IMG/VR virus record: IMGVR_UViG_3300025133_000028
Origin: a virus
Length of the DNA: 64,000 nucleotides
Reading direction: 5' to 3' (one strand)
Shown here: positions 19,588 to 29,172 of the stretch, piece after piece
Position numbering within the stretch: the first letter of the stretch is position 1
How the letters are laid out: the number at the start of each line of letters is the position of its first letter
Made by a program: the position numbers and the translations under genes
The notes under the pieces: model-generated
What the model was told of the DNA's origin: nothing
Database searches by the model: none
The model's input: the letters and a program-made list of their open reading frames with translations, nothing else

Positions 19588-20403
19588 ATGCCAACAATGG
19601 AAATCACGACAGTGAGCAGTTGTAAAAACGCATGTGCTTACTGTCCGCAGGCTTTGCTGAAGAAGTCGTACAACGCAGATAAATATATGAGTTTGGAAAC
19701 TTTTCAAAAATGTGTTGACAAAATTCCAAAAGACGTTACGATTGATTTTGCTGGATACGTTGAACCGTTTTTGAATCCGCAATGTATGAACATGATTGAA
19801 TATGCTGTTGAGGCTGGATACGAAGTAAGAATTTTTACAACTTTGGTCGGAATAACCTTGACAGACGTAGAAAGGTTGAGTAAACTAAAAATAGCTGAAA
19901 TCGTCTTACATTTACCTGACAACGATAACGTGATGAAAGCTGGTATTGATGATAAATATGTTAAAGTTGCTAAAGAATTTGACCGAACAGTAAAGTATAA
20001 GAGTGCTCACGTATTTGGAACTTTACATCATAAATTAAGACCGATATTTCCGTTTTGTATAGACAAACCCAGTACCCACCTACATAGTAGGGCAAATAAC
20101 TTATCAGAGAAAGTAGAGTGTAAACGACATGATTACGTTCGCGGTATTATTATGTGTGGCGTTATTCAGAGGCATTCTGTTACGAAGTATGGAATTAGGT
20201 TTAATCATAATGTCTTACTACCCGATGGAAGTGTTGGTCTATGTTGCATGGATTACGGTCAACAACACCAGATTGGGAATCTGGTTTTAGAGGATTACGA
20301 AGACTTATTTAAAAGCAAAGCATACGAAAGAGTTATGCGTGGTCTCCATGACGAACAGGAAAGTATTCTTTGTAGAACATGTAAGGAAACGGTGAAAGTG
20401 TAA
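19588..20403 (+). CDS. radical SAM protein with SPASM/Twitch C-terminal domain
   Basis: CKNACAYC (CxxxCxxC), GYVEPFL, LPDGSVGLCCMDY...GN...CRTC. Confidence 0.9.
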   Translation: MPTMEITTVSSCKNACAYCPQALLKKSYNADKYMSLETFQKCVDKIPKDVTIDFAGYVEPFLNPQCMNMIEYAVEAGYEVRIFTTLVGITLTDVERLSKLKIAEIVLHLPDNDNVMKAGIDDKYVKVAKEFDRTVKYKSAHVFGTLHHKLRPIFPFCIDKPSTHLHSRANNLSEKVECKRHDYVRGIIMCGVIQRHSVTKYGIRFNHNVLLPDGSVGLCCMDYGQQHQIGNLVLEDYEDLFKSKAYERVMRGLHDEQESILCRTCKETVKV

Positions 20404-20496
20404 TGCAGATTAAGACAATTAACAGTTGGTGAATGTATAACTAAAATGGCTAAACACTTAAAAGAACGTAATCTTTGATTACGGAAAGGAAAAAGA

Positions 20497-20820
20497 ATGA
20501 GTATTGCAAAATCGTTTGTTCTAAAAAGAAGCATGGGTTCTTTTGTCTCTAAAAGCGGATTAGAAATTTGTTCAGGTGGATTGAATGCCGTATTTACTAT
20601 TCCAGAAGAAGTAGAAGAGATTAGTTTTGAATTCTTTGAAAGAAATGGTAAGTATCGTGTCCCTGTGTCTATAAAATACGACTATGGAGATTTAGAAATT
20701 CAAAACGAAAACACTGGACAACTTACAAATTTGTTTGATTGTAAAGCCGAAAAGCCTCTTTTGAGAATCTTAAAACAATATGTTGGAAAAGAAATCTTTG
20801 TTGAATGTTTGTATGATTAA
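20497..20820 (+). CDS. hypothetical protein
   Basis: SD AAGGA, 107 aa. Confidence 0.55.
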   Translation: MSIAKSFVLKRSMGSFVSKSGLEICSGGLNAVFTIPEEVEEISFEFFERNGKYRVPVSIKYDYGDLEIQNENTGQLTNLFDCKAEKPLLRILKQYVGKEIFVECLYD

Positions 20821-20901
20821 TCAAAAATCCTATGACTTGATTTGACATAGGAAAATCAAGGACCGGCTAATTATGACATACGACACACAACATGGAGTAA
20901 A

Positions 20902-21282
20902 ATGATGACAACCCTCAGATGTACAGTCGAAGAATTAACCGCGTTTGATAGCATCGACTGCGATTGTGAAATTGCAGTCACATACAGCGTGGAAGCTGGC
21001 GACGACGGCGACTATTGGACTCCACCAACGGGTCCAACCATCGACCTGGAAGATTGGAAATTCACGGCGGTGATGACATACAACGCCGCTGGCGAACGTG
21101 TGACGCCTGAGTCGTTCGGTTTCACGGTCGAAGAAATTAAGGAAAATCTGACCGAGCAAGTCGAAGCGTATATCGACGCTATCGACGACGAGGACGTGTT
21201 TGAGCAAGCTGGGCAAGATGAGGAAGGTGCGCGAGAGGCGTACTATGAGGATAAGCTTGAGCGACAACGCTTAGGCGAATAA
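20902..21282 (+). CDS. highly acidic hypothetical protein in a GC-rich patch
   Basis: SD GGAG; D/E-rich; codon usage visibly GC-richer than its neighbours. Confidence 0.65.
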   Translation: MMTTLRCTVEELTAFDSIDCDCEIAVTYSVEAGDDGDYWTPPTGPTIDLEDWKFTAVMTYNAAGERVTPESFGFTVEEIKENLTEQVEAYIDAIDDEDVFEQAGQDEEGAREAYYEDKLERQRLGE

Positions 21283-21328
21283 TAATCGACGTAACCCCAT
21301 ACGCCGTAAGGAGTTACGGCGAAATGGA

Positions 21329-21401
21329 GGGCGCATAATCCAACAGTAGAGATAACACTCTTAAACAGTGTCCAGTCTCGGTGCAAATCCGAGTGCGCCT
21401 A
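21329..21401 (+). tRNA. tRNA-Leu(UAA), short variable loop, atypical T-loop
   Basis: Acceptor GGGCGCA/TGCGCCT; anticodon arm ACACT-CTTAAAC-AGTGT; T-arm CTCGG-TGCAAAT-CCGAG. Confidence 0.8.
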
Positions 21402-21464
21402 CTTGTATAATACAATGTTCTGTCCGAGGCACGAACGAATAACAAAAACAGCGGTTCAACTTCG

Positions 21465-21641
21465 TTATCTATTTTTATTATCAATTACCATTTGACATAA
21501 TTCAATAAATTTATCAACAGTTAAACTGTTTTTTGCTATATTAGCCTCTTTAATACAAATACCTAAATTATCAAGAGTGTTTTTACCTCCTTTTGATACT
21601 GGAATTATATGGTCAAAGTTGATGTTATAGGTTATGACGAA
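21465..21641 (-). pseudogene. C-terminal remnant of an HNH endonuclease
   Basis: Minus strand reads NINFDHIIPVSKGGKNTLDNLGICIKEANIAKNSL...*; preceded by an in-frame stop, no start. Confidence 0.75.
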
Positions 21642-21700
21642 TTAACCCTTGAACAAAAGGCTAGTATTCCACTGAGATACCGAAAGAAAGATTGGTAGTG

Positions 21701-22015
21701 ATGAAAATAGAAAACGTATCAATTATCCCAGATTTAGGAATACAGGTAGTAATTTCTTTGCGTGTTTACATGGGTGCTCAGAATTATAAAAAAGAACAGC
21801 CAGACGTTGACTCACCAAGATGGCGAAATATGGCTAAACGTATTTTAAGCGAAGTATGCGAAAACACAGAGTTGGATACAAAAGATTTTACATTCTCTGA
21901 AATAAATGTTGGTATGGAAGATGTACGTTTTTACGAAACACGGCAAGAATTTCAATTCTCATTTAAAAAGCAGTCTGCGGCACGCAGTGGGGAAAACAAA
22001 TGTCAGGAAAAATAG
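21701..22015 (+). CDS. hypothetical protein
   Basis: ~104 aa ORF. Confidence 0.5.
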   Translation: MKIENVSIIPDLGIQVVISLRVYMGAQNYKKEQPDVDSPRWRNMAKRILSEVCENTELDTKDFTFSEINVGMEDVRFYETRQEFQFSFKKQSAARSGENKCQEK

Positions 22016-22296
22016 TAACGGTAAAACTAACTAGTGGTGAAGAATTTTTTGGTAAATTACTTAATAGCGATGACGAAGGACTATTGATTGAAAAACCAGT
22101 TACAATGACACCTACTCAACAGGGTATGTCGTTGGTTCCTCCTGCTTTAACAGCAGAACACGCCGACGTGTTGTTTAAACATGTTCATATTTTGCTTTCT
22201 GGTGATACCAGAGAAGAATTGGCTGGTGCTTGGGAAGAAAACTTTGGTAATGGATTAACTGTTGCTAAGAAGCCTGGACTGATTGTGCCAGGGTAA
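22000..22296 (+). CDS. Sm/Hfq(LSM)-fold protein
   Basis: KIVTVKLTSGEEFFGKL...LLIEKP (Sm1-like), VLFKHVHIL (Sm2-like). Confidence 0.6.
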   Translation: MSGKIVTVKLTSGEEFFGKLLNSDDEGLLIEKPVTMTPTQQGMSLVPPALTAEHADVLFKHVHILLSGDTREELAGAWEENFGNGLTVAKKPGLIVPG

Positions 22297-22307
22297 CAGA
22301 ATTATAA

Positions 22308-22410
22308 TGTCGAGGGTGGGAGGTCAGTTGGACTGTGCATAATGTTCAGTCCTTAATCTCGACAAGGTTTATATCCTTGTAGAAGTCGGAGCATCCCCGG
22401 CACTCCTCTA
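22308..22410 (+). tRNA. degenerate tRNA-like element, UAU anticodon, long hairpin in place of the D-arm
   Basis: ACAAGG-TTTATAT-CCTTGT; T-arm GTCGG-AGCATCC-CCGGC; acceptor pairing imperfect. Confidence 0.4.
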
Positions 22411-22417
22411 CTTTTAT

Positions 22418-22489
22418 GGACTTATGGTGTAACCAGAAGCACAAAATCCTTTTAAGATTTGAGTCACGGGGCGGTTCCGTGTGGGTCCA
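22418..22489 (+). tRNA. tRNA-Lys(UUU), atypical T-loop
   Basis: GGACTTA/TGGGTCC; AAATC-CTTTTAA-GATTT; CACGG-GGCGGTT-CCGTG. Confidence 0.8.
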
Positions 22490-22610
22490 CTTTAACTTAG
22501 TTGTAAAAATCCATTGTCAAATTCTCAATGGTGATTTCGACATAAAGCAACGTTAAAAACCTTATCAAAGAAACCATAGTTGAATTTAATGTGTTAGGAA
22601 AAAAATTATA

Positions 22611-23825
22611 ATGAAAGTTGAAGATGGGCTTAAACTAGATTTTTCCGATGTTCTAATCAAACCCCGTAGAACATTGGCATATAGTAGAAATTCAGTCAAT
22701 CTTAACAGAGATTTTTCCTTCATGTATTCACCTAAAAAATGGGAAGGTATCCCAATTTTTGCAGCAAACATGGATACAACTGGCACCTTTGCTATGGCTA
22801 AAGCGTTACAACAATATAAACTTGTAACATGTCTACATAAACAATATAGCTATGAACTAGTTTGTGAGTTTTTTCTAAATAATCAGCTAGATTATGACTA
22901 TACTTGGGTAAGCACAGGAATTACCGACAAAGACCTAGAAAGACTAAAAAAAATACTACAACATTGTCCAAATGTTAATATTTGTGTTGATGTTGCTAAT
23001 GGTTACAATCAAGACTTTGTAGAAAAAATAGCTTATATTCGTTCGCTTTCTCCAGAAAGCATTATTATGGCAGGGAATGTTTGTACTGCTGAAATGGCAC
23101 AAGAATTAGTTATTGGTGGTAAAGCAGATATTGTTAAAGTTGGTATTGGTCCTGGTTCTGTATGTACCACCAGACTCGTTTCTGGTATTGGATATCCACA
23201 GTTGTCAGCAATTATGAATTGTGCAAACACCGTTCATGGTTTAAACAGTGGGCCTAAACGTATGGCTCTTATTTGTGCTGATGGAGGATGCGTTTATTCA
23301 GGCGATATAGCGAAGGCTTTTGGAGGAGATGCTGATTTTTGTATGTTGGGTGGGATGTTTTCTGGTTGCGAAGAAAACGAAGGAGAATGGGAATATCATA
23401 TTGATAGAGAAGACAAATATGAGCGGTATAATCTATATGAGCATTCTGATAATTTTATAACAGCATTAGTAAAAAGTGGAGGTATAGTAAAATTTCCAAA
23501 TAAACAACATATGGATAGCCCGCATGTTTTGGTTCCAAAATATTCTAAACAAAAGAAAAGCTTAAAATTCCATGGTATGTCATCTTCTAAAGCACAAGGT
23601 GCTAATTTAGCTAAACATCGTTCGTCGGAAGGAAAAGAGGTACATATTCCTTACAAGGGTATGGTTAGCGAAGTGTTAGATGGAGACAATGGTATTCTTG
23701 GCGGTTTACGTTCTGCTTGTAGTTATGTTGGCGTCAAAGAACTTAAAAACTTTGCAGATGCTGTTACATTTATTAGAGTAAATAATCAACATAATACGGT
23801 GTATGGAACAGGATTGGAAAAATAA
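22611..23825 (+). CDS. guaC: GMP reductase
   Basis: LDFSDVLIKP, ANMDTTG, DVANGY, KVGIGPGSVCTTR, GYPQLSA, DGG, GMSS, GGLRSACSYVG. Confidence 0.93.
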   Translation: MKVEDGLKLDFSDVLIKPRRTLAYSRNSVNLNRDFSFMYSPKKWEGIPIFAANMDTTGTFAMAKALQQYKLVTCLHKQYSYELVCEFFLNNQLDYDYTWVSTGITDKDLERLKKILQHCPNVNICVDVANGYNQDFVEKIAYIRSLSPESIIMAGNVCTAEMAQELVIGGKADIVKVGIGPGSVCTTRLVSGIGYPQLSAIMNCANTVHGLNSGPKRMALICADGGCVYSGDIAKAFGGDADFCMLGGMFSGCEENEGEWEYHIDREDKYERYNLYEHSDNFITALVKSGGIVKFPNKQHMDSPHVLVPKYSKQKKSLKFHGMSSSKAQGANLAKHRSSEGKEVHIPYKGMVSEVLDGDNGILGGLRSACSYVGVKELKNFADAVTFIRVNNQHNTVYGTGLEK

Positions 23826-23851
23826 CACTACGTGATTATAAGGAAAAAATA

Positions 23852-24157
23852 ATGAAAATAAAAAACTGGCAACTACTAAACAGCCTTAGAAGTAAAGAAT
23901 GTTTTCCTCAATGTAACGAATGGTCTTTGGCAGATTGGGGAAATGCTATGGCGGTCGAAACGGGCGAAGCCTGTAATATTATCAAAAAGATGTCGCGAGA
24001 CAGTGTTGATTTAAAAGAAGAACTAGGAAAAGAACTTGCTGATATTGTTGCTTACGTTGCTTTACTGGCTAATGCTGCCAACATAGATTTAGAGAAAGCT
24101 ATGATTGATAAGTTTGACGAAGTGTCTATTAAGTTAGGCTCAAATTATAGAGCATAA
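23852..24157 (+). CDS. MazG-like NTP pyrophosphohydrolase
   Basis: ETGEACNIIKK...ELADIVAY...IDL. Confidence 0.8.
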   Translation: MKIKNWQLLNSLRSKECFPQCNEWSLADWGNAMAVETGEACNIIKKMSRDSVDLKEELGKELADIVAYVALLANAANIDLEKAMIDKFDEVSIKLGSNYRA

Positions 24158-24168
24158 AGGGCGGAAAA

Positions 24169-24462
24169 ATGAAAAAAGTATCTTTTCTAAAAACCCCTCA
24201 CAAAAATTGGATTACTTCAACAAAAATTCCGCTATCTTGTTATTGGGTTGTAATTCCTCACGATGGAGACCAATTAGATGGTACTCCATACGAAATAGCT
24301 TATGTGTATTTTGATGGAAAATGGTCTGTAAGAAGAATTGGAATGTCTCAATATTTTTCAATTTATGATTTTACATTTGTCAAACCAATAGAAATATCAG
24401 AAAACGAATACAATATTATAATTAAAGATTGTCAAGAAAAATTTGGGAACGAATCATGGTAG
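24169..24462 (+). CDS. hypothetical protein
   Basis: 97 aa ORF. Confidence 0.5.
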   Translation: MKKVSFLKTPHKNWITSTKIPLSCYWVVIPHDGDQLDGTPYEIAYVYFDGKWSVRRIGMSQYFSIYDFTFVKPIEISENEYNIIIKDCQEKFGNESW

Positions 24463-24535
24463 AAGAAACATTACTAGAACTAACTAAGATAGAATTTGTA
24501 AATAGGTGTTGGAAAATTATAAAAGGAGAATATTA

Positions 24536-25597
24536 ATGAACAATCCCGTTAGGGTATTTGGACTTGGGAAAATGGGTATAGCTGTAGTCCATGCTTTGAA
24601 AAAACTTGGCTATACCAATATCCATACATACGATATAACCACACTGATTGATAAAGAAACAGACGATATAACACAACACACCTGTGATGGCGGATTTAAT
24701 TACTCAGAAGCTGTATCGAAAGACACCATAGGTGTTCTTTCGTGTATGCCTTACCATCAGAATTTACCTTTAGCTAAAGCGTGTATTGATAAAGGTGTAC
24801 CATACACTGATTTAGGCGGGCGAGTTGACGTATCTCAAGCTATTAATGATTATGCTAAAGAAAAAAATGCCACGGCAGTAACAGACCTTGGATTAGCACC
24901 AGGATTGGTCAATCTGGAAGTTATGCACGAAGTACTTCAGGCAAAAACATTTGGAATGACTCCTACAGTTGCCAACATGTCGTGTGGCGGAATACCAGAC
25001 ACTAATGTAGACAATATTCTAAATTATCAATGTACATGGTCTATGGACGGTTTAGTAAACGAATACGTAGATAACTGTCAAGCATTGATTGATGGGAACA
25101 TTCAAGAAGTTATGAGTTTAACCAATGACTTTAGATTAGATTTTGATAAAATTCATTTTGAATCTTCTAGAACAAGTGGTGGAGCAGCACATACTCTTGA
25201 ATGGATGCAAAAACAAGGTGTGTTAAACAGCGAGTATCAAACAATTAGAAACCCAGGTCATTTTAATGTTGTTAGAACTATTTTGGGTGACAATAAAGAT
25301 GCAGACCTTTTGGAATCTATATTTCAGAAATGTGGTTACACAAGTAAAGACATGGTGGTTTGGTCATCAAACGTCTTCACTAAAGAAGGGTATAAAAAAC
25401 TAACACTAAGTGGTATTCGTCATAACAGCGTTTTTACCGCTATGCAACAATGTACTGCTTTTCCTTTTGTTGCTGCTGCTGATGTCGTATTTAAATCTGG
25501 TAATAATAGTCGTGGATATGATGTTATTCTTGATAATTATGATAAATTTCAATCCAATCTTAATGATATTGGTTTTAAACCACAGGCAGTCAAATGA
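24536..25597 (+). CDS. saccharopine dehydrogenase/lysine 6-dehydrogenase-like oxidoreductase
   Basis: GLGKMG Rossmann motif, YTDLGG, DLGLAPG, CGGIP, WSMDGLVNEY, TIRNPGH. Confidence 0.85.
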   Translation: MNNPVRVFGLGKMGIAVVHALKKLGYTNIHTYDITTLIDKETDDITQHTCDGGFNYSEAVSKDTIGVLSCMPYHQNLPLAKACIDKGVPYTDLGGRVDVSQAINDYAKEKNATAVTDLGLAPGLVNLEVMHEVLQAKTFGMTPTVANMSCGGIPDTNVDNILNYQCTWSMDGLVNEYVDNCQALIDGNIQEVMSLTNDFRLDFDKIHFESSRTSGGAAHTLEWMQKQGVLNSEYQTIRNPGHFNVVRTILGDNKDADLLESIFQKCGYTSKDMVVWSSNVFTKEGYKKLTLSGIRHNSVFTAMQQCTAFPFVAAADVVFKSGNNSRGYDVILDNYDKFQSNLNDIGFKPQAVK

Positions 25598-26571
25598 AAA
25601 ACATATCTTTAGATTTAGTCAGAGTTACGGAAGCTGGGGCAATTCACGCATCAAAATGGGTTGGTTCTGGAAATAAAGAACTAGCAGATAAAGATGCCTC
25701 ACAAGCTATGCGTGATAGATTTAATCAAATGGATTTTTGTGGTTTAATTAAAATTGGCGAAGGTAAGAAAGATAAGTCGTTTGGTCTCTATGAAGGAGAA
25801 ATAGTAGGGAAAGCAAGTTATACTGCGGATTTTATGACAGAAGCAACAAGAAAGCTTTACCGCCACTTACAAGGACATACGGTGTGTGATATTGCTATTG
25901 ACCCTATTGAGGGGACTACTCCTACTGTGTACGGTGGACCAGAAGCTATGTCTGTGGTTGCAATAGCTAATAAAGACTCTATGTATACTACGGAAAACTA
26001 TTATATGGACAAACTAGTTTGGGGTCCAACAACAAACAAGTTTAAAATTAAGCCATCTTTGCGGTATTCTATTAAGAAAAATATACAAATTCTCTCGGAA
26101 GCACTTGACAAGCCTTACGATAGGGTTATTATATGTGTGCTAGACCGTGTGCGTAACTTAGACAGGATTGAAAAACTGCGGAAATTAGGCGTTAGACTCA
26201 AGCTTATTAAAGACTGTGATGTTTCTGGTGGTATTGCTGCGTGTTTGAATAGGTCTGGTGTAGATTGTTATATGGGTATTGGTGGTTCTCCAGAGGGTGT
26301 AATTACGGCTGCTGCTGTTAAGGGTCTTGGTGGAGGCATGGAAATCCGCGACGTAACCAAAGATGGCGAACGTTGGTTTACAAAGACTGGTAGTATCGTA
26401 GCATTAAACAAGCTGATTGATGGAGGATGTGCTTTTTCTGCAACTGGAATTACTACAGGTAGTATTTTGGATGGAGTGAAGATTATTAACGGCAAATATG
26501 TTACCCATAGTATGTTTATGAGAAGTGAAAGTAAAACTGTACGTTGGTTAAGGACTGAACATGGAAACTAA
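25594..26571 (+). CDS. glpX: class II fructose-1,6-bisphosphatase
   Basis: RVTEAGA, IGEG, DIAIDPIEGT, YMDK, GIGGSPEGVITAAA, ATGIT. Confidence 0.92.
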   Translation: MKNISLDLVRVTEAGAIHASKWVGSGNKELADKDASQAMRDRFNQMDFCGLIKIGEGKKDKSFGLYEGEIVGKASYTADFMTEATRKLYRHLQGHTVCDIAIDPIEGTTPTVYGGPEAMSVVAIANKDSMYTTENYYMDKLVWGPTTNKFKIKPSLRYSIKKNIQILSEALDKPYDRVIICVLDRVRNLDRIEKLRKLGVRLKLIKDCDVSGGIAACLNRSGVDCYMGIGGSPEGVITAAAVKGLGGGMEIRDVTKDGERWFTKTGSIVALNKLIDGGCAFSATGITTGSILDGVKIINGKYVTHSMFMRSESKTVRWLRTEHGN

Positions 26572-26914
26572 AGATGAATTTATTATGCCTAAAAGGCAGG
26601 AAGTACAAATAACAGAAGATAACACGCACAAAAAAGGTACTCGTTCTAATATAAGAGTTTGGACAGAAGATGGTGGTGATGTTTATGAATTAGATGGTTC
26701 TTTGTGTACGGAATTACATGAAGACAAACAGATAATGATTTATGGTTTGTTGGGTGAAAAACGAATTATGACAGTCACACCAGAACATGACGCGGAAGAT
26801 AGTGGGATGTATGCGGTAATTCAACACTGGGAAAATTTGAATACTACAAGGAAAAATTACATTTGTACATATTTTATTGACAAAAGTATTTCTTTGAGGG
26901 CTGATTTTTCATAA
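26561..26914 (+). CDS. hypothetical protein
   Basis: 117 aa ORF. Confidence 0.5.
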   Translation: METKDEFIMPKRQEVQITEDNTHKKGTRSNIRVWTEDGGDVYELDGSLCTELHEDKQIMIYGLLGEKRIMTVTPEHDAEDSGMYAVIQHWENLNTTRKNYICTYFIDKSISLRADFS

Positions 26915-26992
26915 TTTTGTGTATAATAAAGAGGAACTATGAATACAAACAATAAATAATCAGCAGGGTATACCCCTGCTAGGGGGTGTGTC

Positions 26993-27325
26993 ATGAGTGA
27001 ATATTTAGGTGATGTAACTGCAAAAATAGTTGTTCAAGCAGAAGGCAAAAACTACAAAATAGACCCAGTGACGGTATTATTGGTCGCCAGAGTAGTAGTT
27101 AACTTAGTAAAAGCTTTAAAAGCTTGCAATAAACACACAGGCTCAGCGGTCAAAACGACCAAAAATATAACTCGCAGAGAACGTAACATTATAAAACGCG
27201 AGTTAAAAAAAGAGTTTGGTTTTTGGGGTTATTGGAAAAACGGCAGAAAATACGTAGATTCCATCGTAAAAACCTCTTCAGAATGTAATGAAGAAGACAT
27301 TGTAAAACTATATTCAGAGATTTAA
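26993..27325 (+). CDS. hypothetical protein (similar layout to 17815-18147)
   Basis: IDPVTVLLV...LKAC hydrophobic helix, then a basic region. Confidence 0.6.
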   Translation: MSEYLGDVTAKIVVQAEGKNYKIDPVTVLLVARVVVNLVKALKACNKHTGSAVKTTKNITRRERNIIKRELKKEFGFWGYWKNGRKYVDSIVKTSSECNEEDIVKLYSEI

Positions 27326-27337
27326 AAGGAGAATTGT

Positions 27338-28291
27338 ATGAGATTCAGGGTGGGATTTGTAGCAGTATTAGCACTAATGTTGACGACTTCTGTAGGTTTT
27401 GGTAATGATGTTATTAAACACTTACAAGATGTTAGCGTTACAATCAAGTCAGAAGGAGCGTTTGGTGGCGGGCAAGGGTCTGGAGTTATTGTAACTCGCG
27501 ATGTTGAAGTGAGCAAAGGAAAGACAGTAAAAGTCAACTTTGTGTGGACAGCAGCCCATGTTATTGATAATCTACGCACTGTTCGCAAAGTAGTAGACCC
27601 ACAAACCGGAGTAACAAAAAGCGTTATTGATTTCAAACCCGCACATATTGTCAAAGAATTAGTAGAAAATGGCAGACGAGTCGGTGAAGTCAAAATGGAA
27701 GCAGTTGTTATCAAGTATTCCCATTCGGAAGAAGGCGAAGACTTGGCTTTGCTTATGGTGAGAAAACGAGATTTTGTACAAGCAAATTCCAATTTTTTCC
27801 TTGATACAGAAGAAGACTCTGAAAATCTACAAGCTATTGATTTGGGTACGGAATTGTATCATGTTGGTTCGCTATTAGGGCAGTTTGGTAGTAATTCATT
27901 GACTACTGGTGTTATTTCACAGGTTGGACGAGTACTTGACCTATCGAGTGGTGAAGGTACTGTATTTGACCAAACAACGGTAACAGCTTTTCCTGGTAGT
28001 TCTGGTGGTGGTGTTTTCTTGAAAGACGGACGATATATTGGTATGTTGGTTCGTGGTGCTGGCGAGACGTTCAATCTTATTGTTCCAGTACGTAGAATGC
28101 ATACGTGGGCAAAAGAAAATAAAGTAGAATGGGCTATGAACAAATCAGTAAAAATACCTACGCTAAAAGAGTTGCGTAAAATTACTGTTGATGACAGTGT
28201 GTCTCAAGACACAGACAAAACAGAACGTTCAGAAGACTCAAAACAATATGACTTCTTGTTTAAATACACTCCGGTAGAAACGAAAGAATAG
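27338..28291 (+). CDS. trypsin-like serine protease with signal peptide
   Basis: GSG, TAAHV, DLALL, PGSSGGG. Confidence 0.9.
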   Translation: MRFRVGFVAVLALMLTTSVGFGNDVIKHLQDVSVTIKSEGAFGGGQGSGVIVTRDVEVSKGKTVKVNFVWTAAHVIDNLRTVRKVVDPQTGVTKSVIDFKPAHIVKELVENGRRVGEVKMEAVVIKYSHSEEGEDLALLMVRKRDFVQANSNFFLDTEEDSENLQAIDLGTELYHVGSLLGQFGSNSLTTGVISQVGRVLDLSSGEGTVFDQTTVTAFPGSSGGGVFLKDGRYIGMLVRGAGETFNLIVPVRRMHTWAKENKVEWAMNKSVKIPTLKELRKITVDDSVSQDTDKTERSEDSKQYDFLFKYTPVETKE

Positions 28292-28303
28292 GAGGTACTA
28301 ACA

Positions 28304-28741
28304 ATGGAGTCTGGCGACATCTTACTTAGTAGATGGATTGATGACTCTAATAATAGTACTCCTGGCTATTGGAATCATACGGCTCTATATGTTGGTAACG
28401 GCCAACTTATAGAGTCCGTTTTTGGTAAAGGAGTAATTATTAGCGAGTTTGAGGAATGGAAACACAACGTTGGTAGATATTGTGTACTTCGACCAGAAAA
28501 CTCACACAAAATCAACAAAAATAAAACAATTTCCTTTGCAAAATCAAAAATAGGAGTAAAATATAGTATGTTTTCTTCTATCAGTCGTATTTGGAGAATG
28601 TTTGGGGTTAATTGCGTAAGTCTAGTCAGACAATCATACAACAGAGGAGGCTTAAAAGTTAAGTGGAAATATCCTGATTGTATACATGATGATACTAGAC
28701 TTAAAATTGTAGAAATAACAACACTATCATTGGAAGAATAA
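28304..28741 (+). CDS. YiiX/YebB-like permuted papain amidase
   Basis: GDILL, GYWNHTALY, GVKY, NCVSLV. Confidence 0.75.
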   Translation: MESGDILLSRWIDDSNNSTPGYWNHTALYVGNGQLIESVFGKGVIISEFEEWKHNVGRYCVLRPENSHKINKNKTISFAKSKIGVKYSMFSSISRIWRMFGVNCVSLVRQSYNRGGLKVKWKYPDCIHDDTRLKIVEITTLSLEE

Positions 28742-28781
28742 GCCGAAAGACCCAGTGTAACGGCACCTGTCTTGAAAACAG
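28732..28781 (+). pseudogene. 5' half of a tRNA-Ser(UGA)
   Basis: GGAAGAA-TA-AGCCG...CGGC-A-CCTGT-CTTGAAA-ACAG; no T-arm or 3' acceptor strand follows. Confidence 0.5.
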
Positions 28782-28783
28782 AC

Positions 28784-28936
28784 TTAGCTCTTAAAAGACT
28801 AGAAATAGAAGTAGAAAGACTACAAAAATGGGACGGTTCGTATCCAACGACATTGTTTGGTGGCGACAATCTCATGGGTCAAAATCTACTGTTGAATGTT
28901 CCAGTGGAAAAAGGAAACGACAAACGAATTGGTTAA
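28784..28936 (+). pseudogene. C-terminal fragment resembling an SPFH/prohibitin (Band 7) protein
   Basis: LALKRLEIEVERLQKWDGSYPTTLFGG...*, the KWDG.P motif typical of phage SPFH C-termini. Confidence 0.5.
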
Positions 28937-28944
28937 ACTCTATT

Positions 28945-29172
28945 TTACAAGCGTTTAGACTTGAAAATAAAATACGTTCTGTTGAAAGAGACCGAAAAGC
29001 AGCAGAAAAGAAAGCAAAAAGAGACGATGCTATTCACAATACTCCTGTTATTAGAACGTATGACTATAAAAAAGGAACAGTAAAAGACCACCGTACAGGA
29101 AAAATAGCAAGTTTAAAACAAGTTGTGCAAAAAGGTAGAATAGACCTTTTAAAAGACAAGGAAATCAAATGA
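28945..29172 (+). pseudogene. C-terminal part of a class I peptide release factor-like protein (no GGQ)
   Basis: IRTYDYKKGTVKDHRTG...L..V..GRIDLL matches the RF1 tail RTYN...RVTDHR...L..V.EG.LD. The 28828 ORF N-terminus is unrelated. Confidence 0.55.

Noticed and set aside
26962-26980. Inverted repeat AGCAGGG-TATAC-CCCTGCT
   Set aside because: A single hairpin with no T-tail or second copy; no function can be supported.
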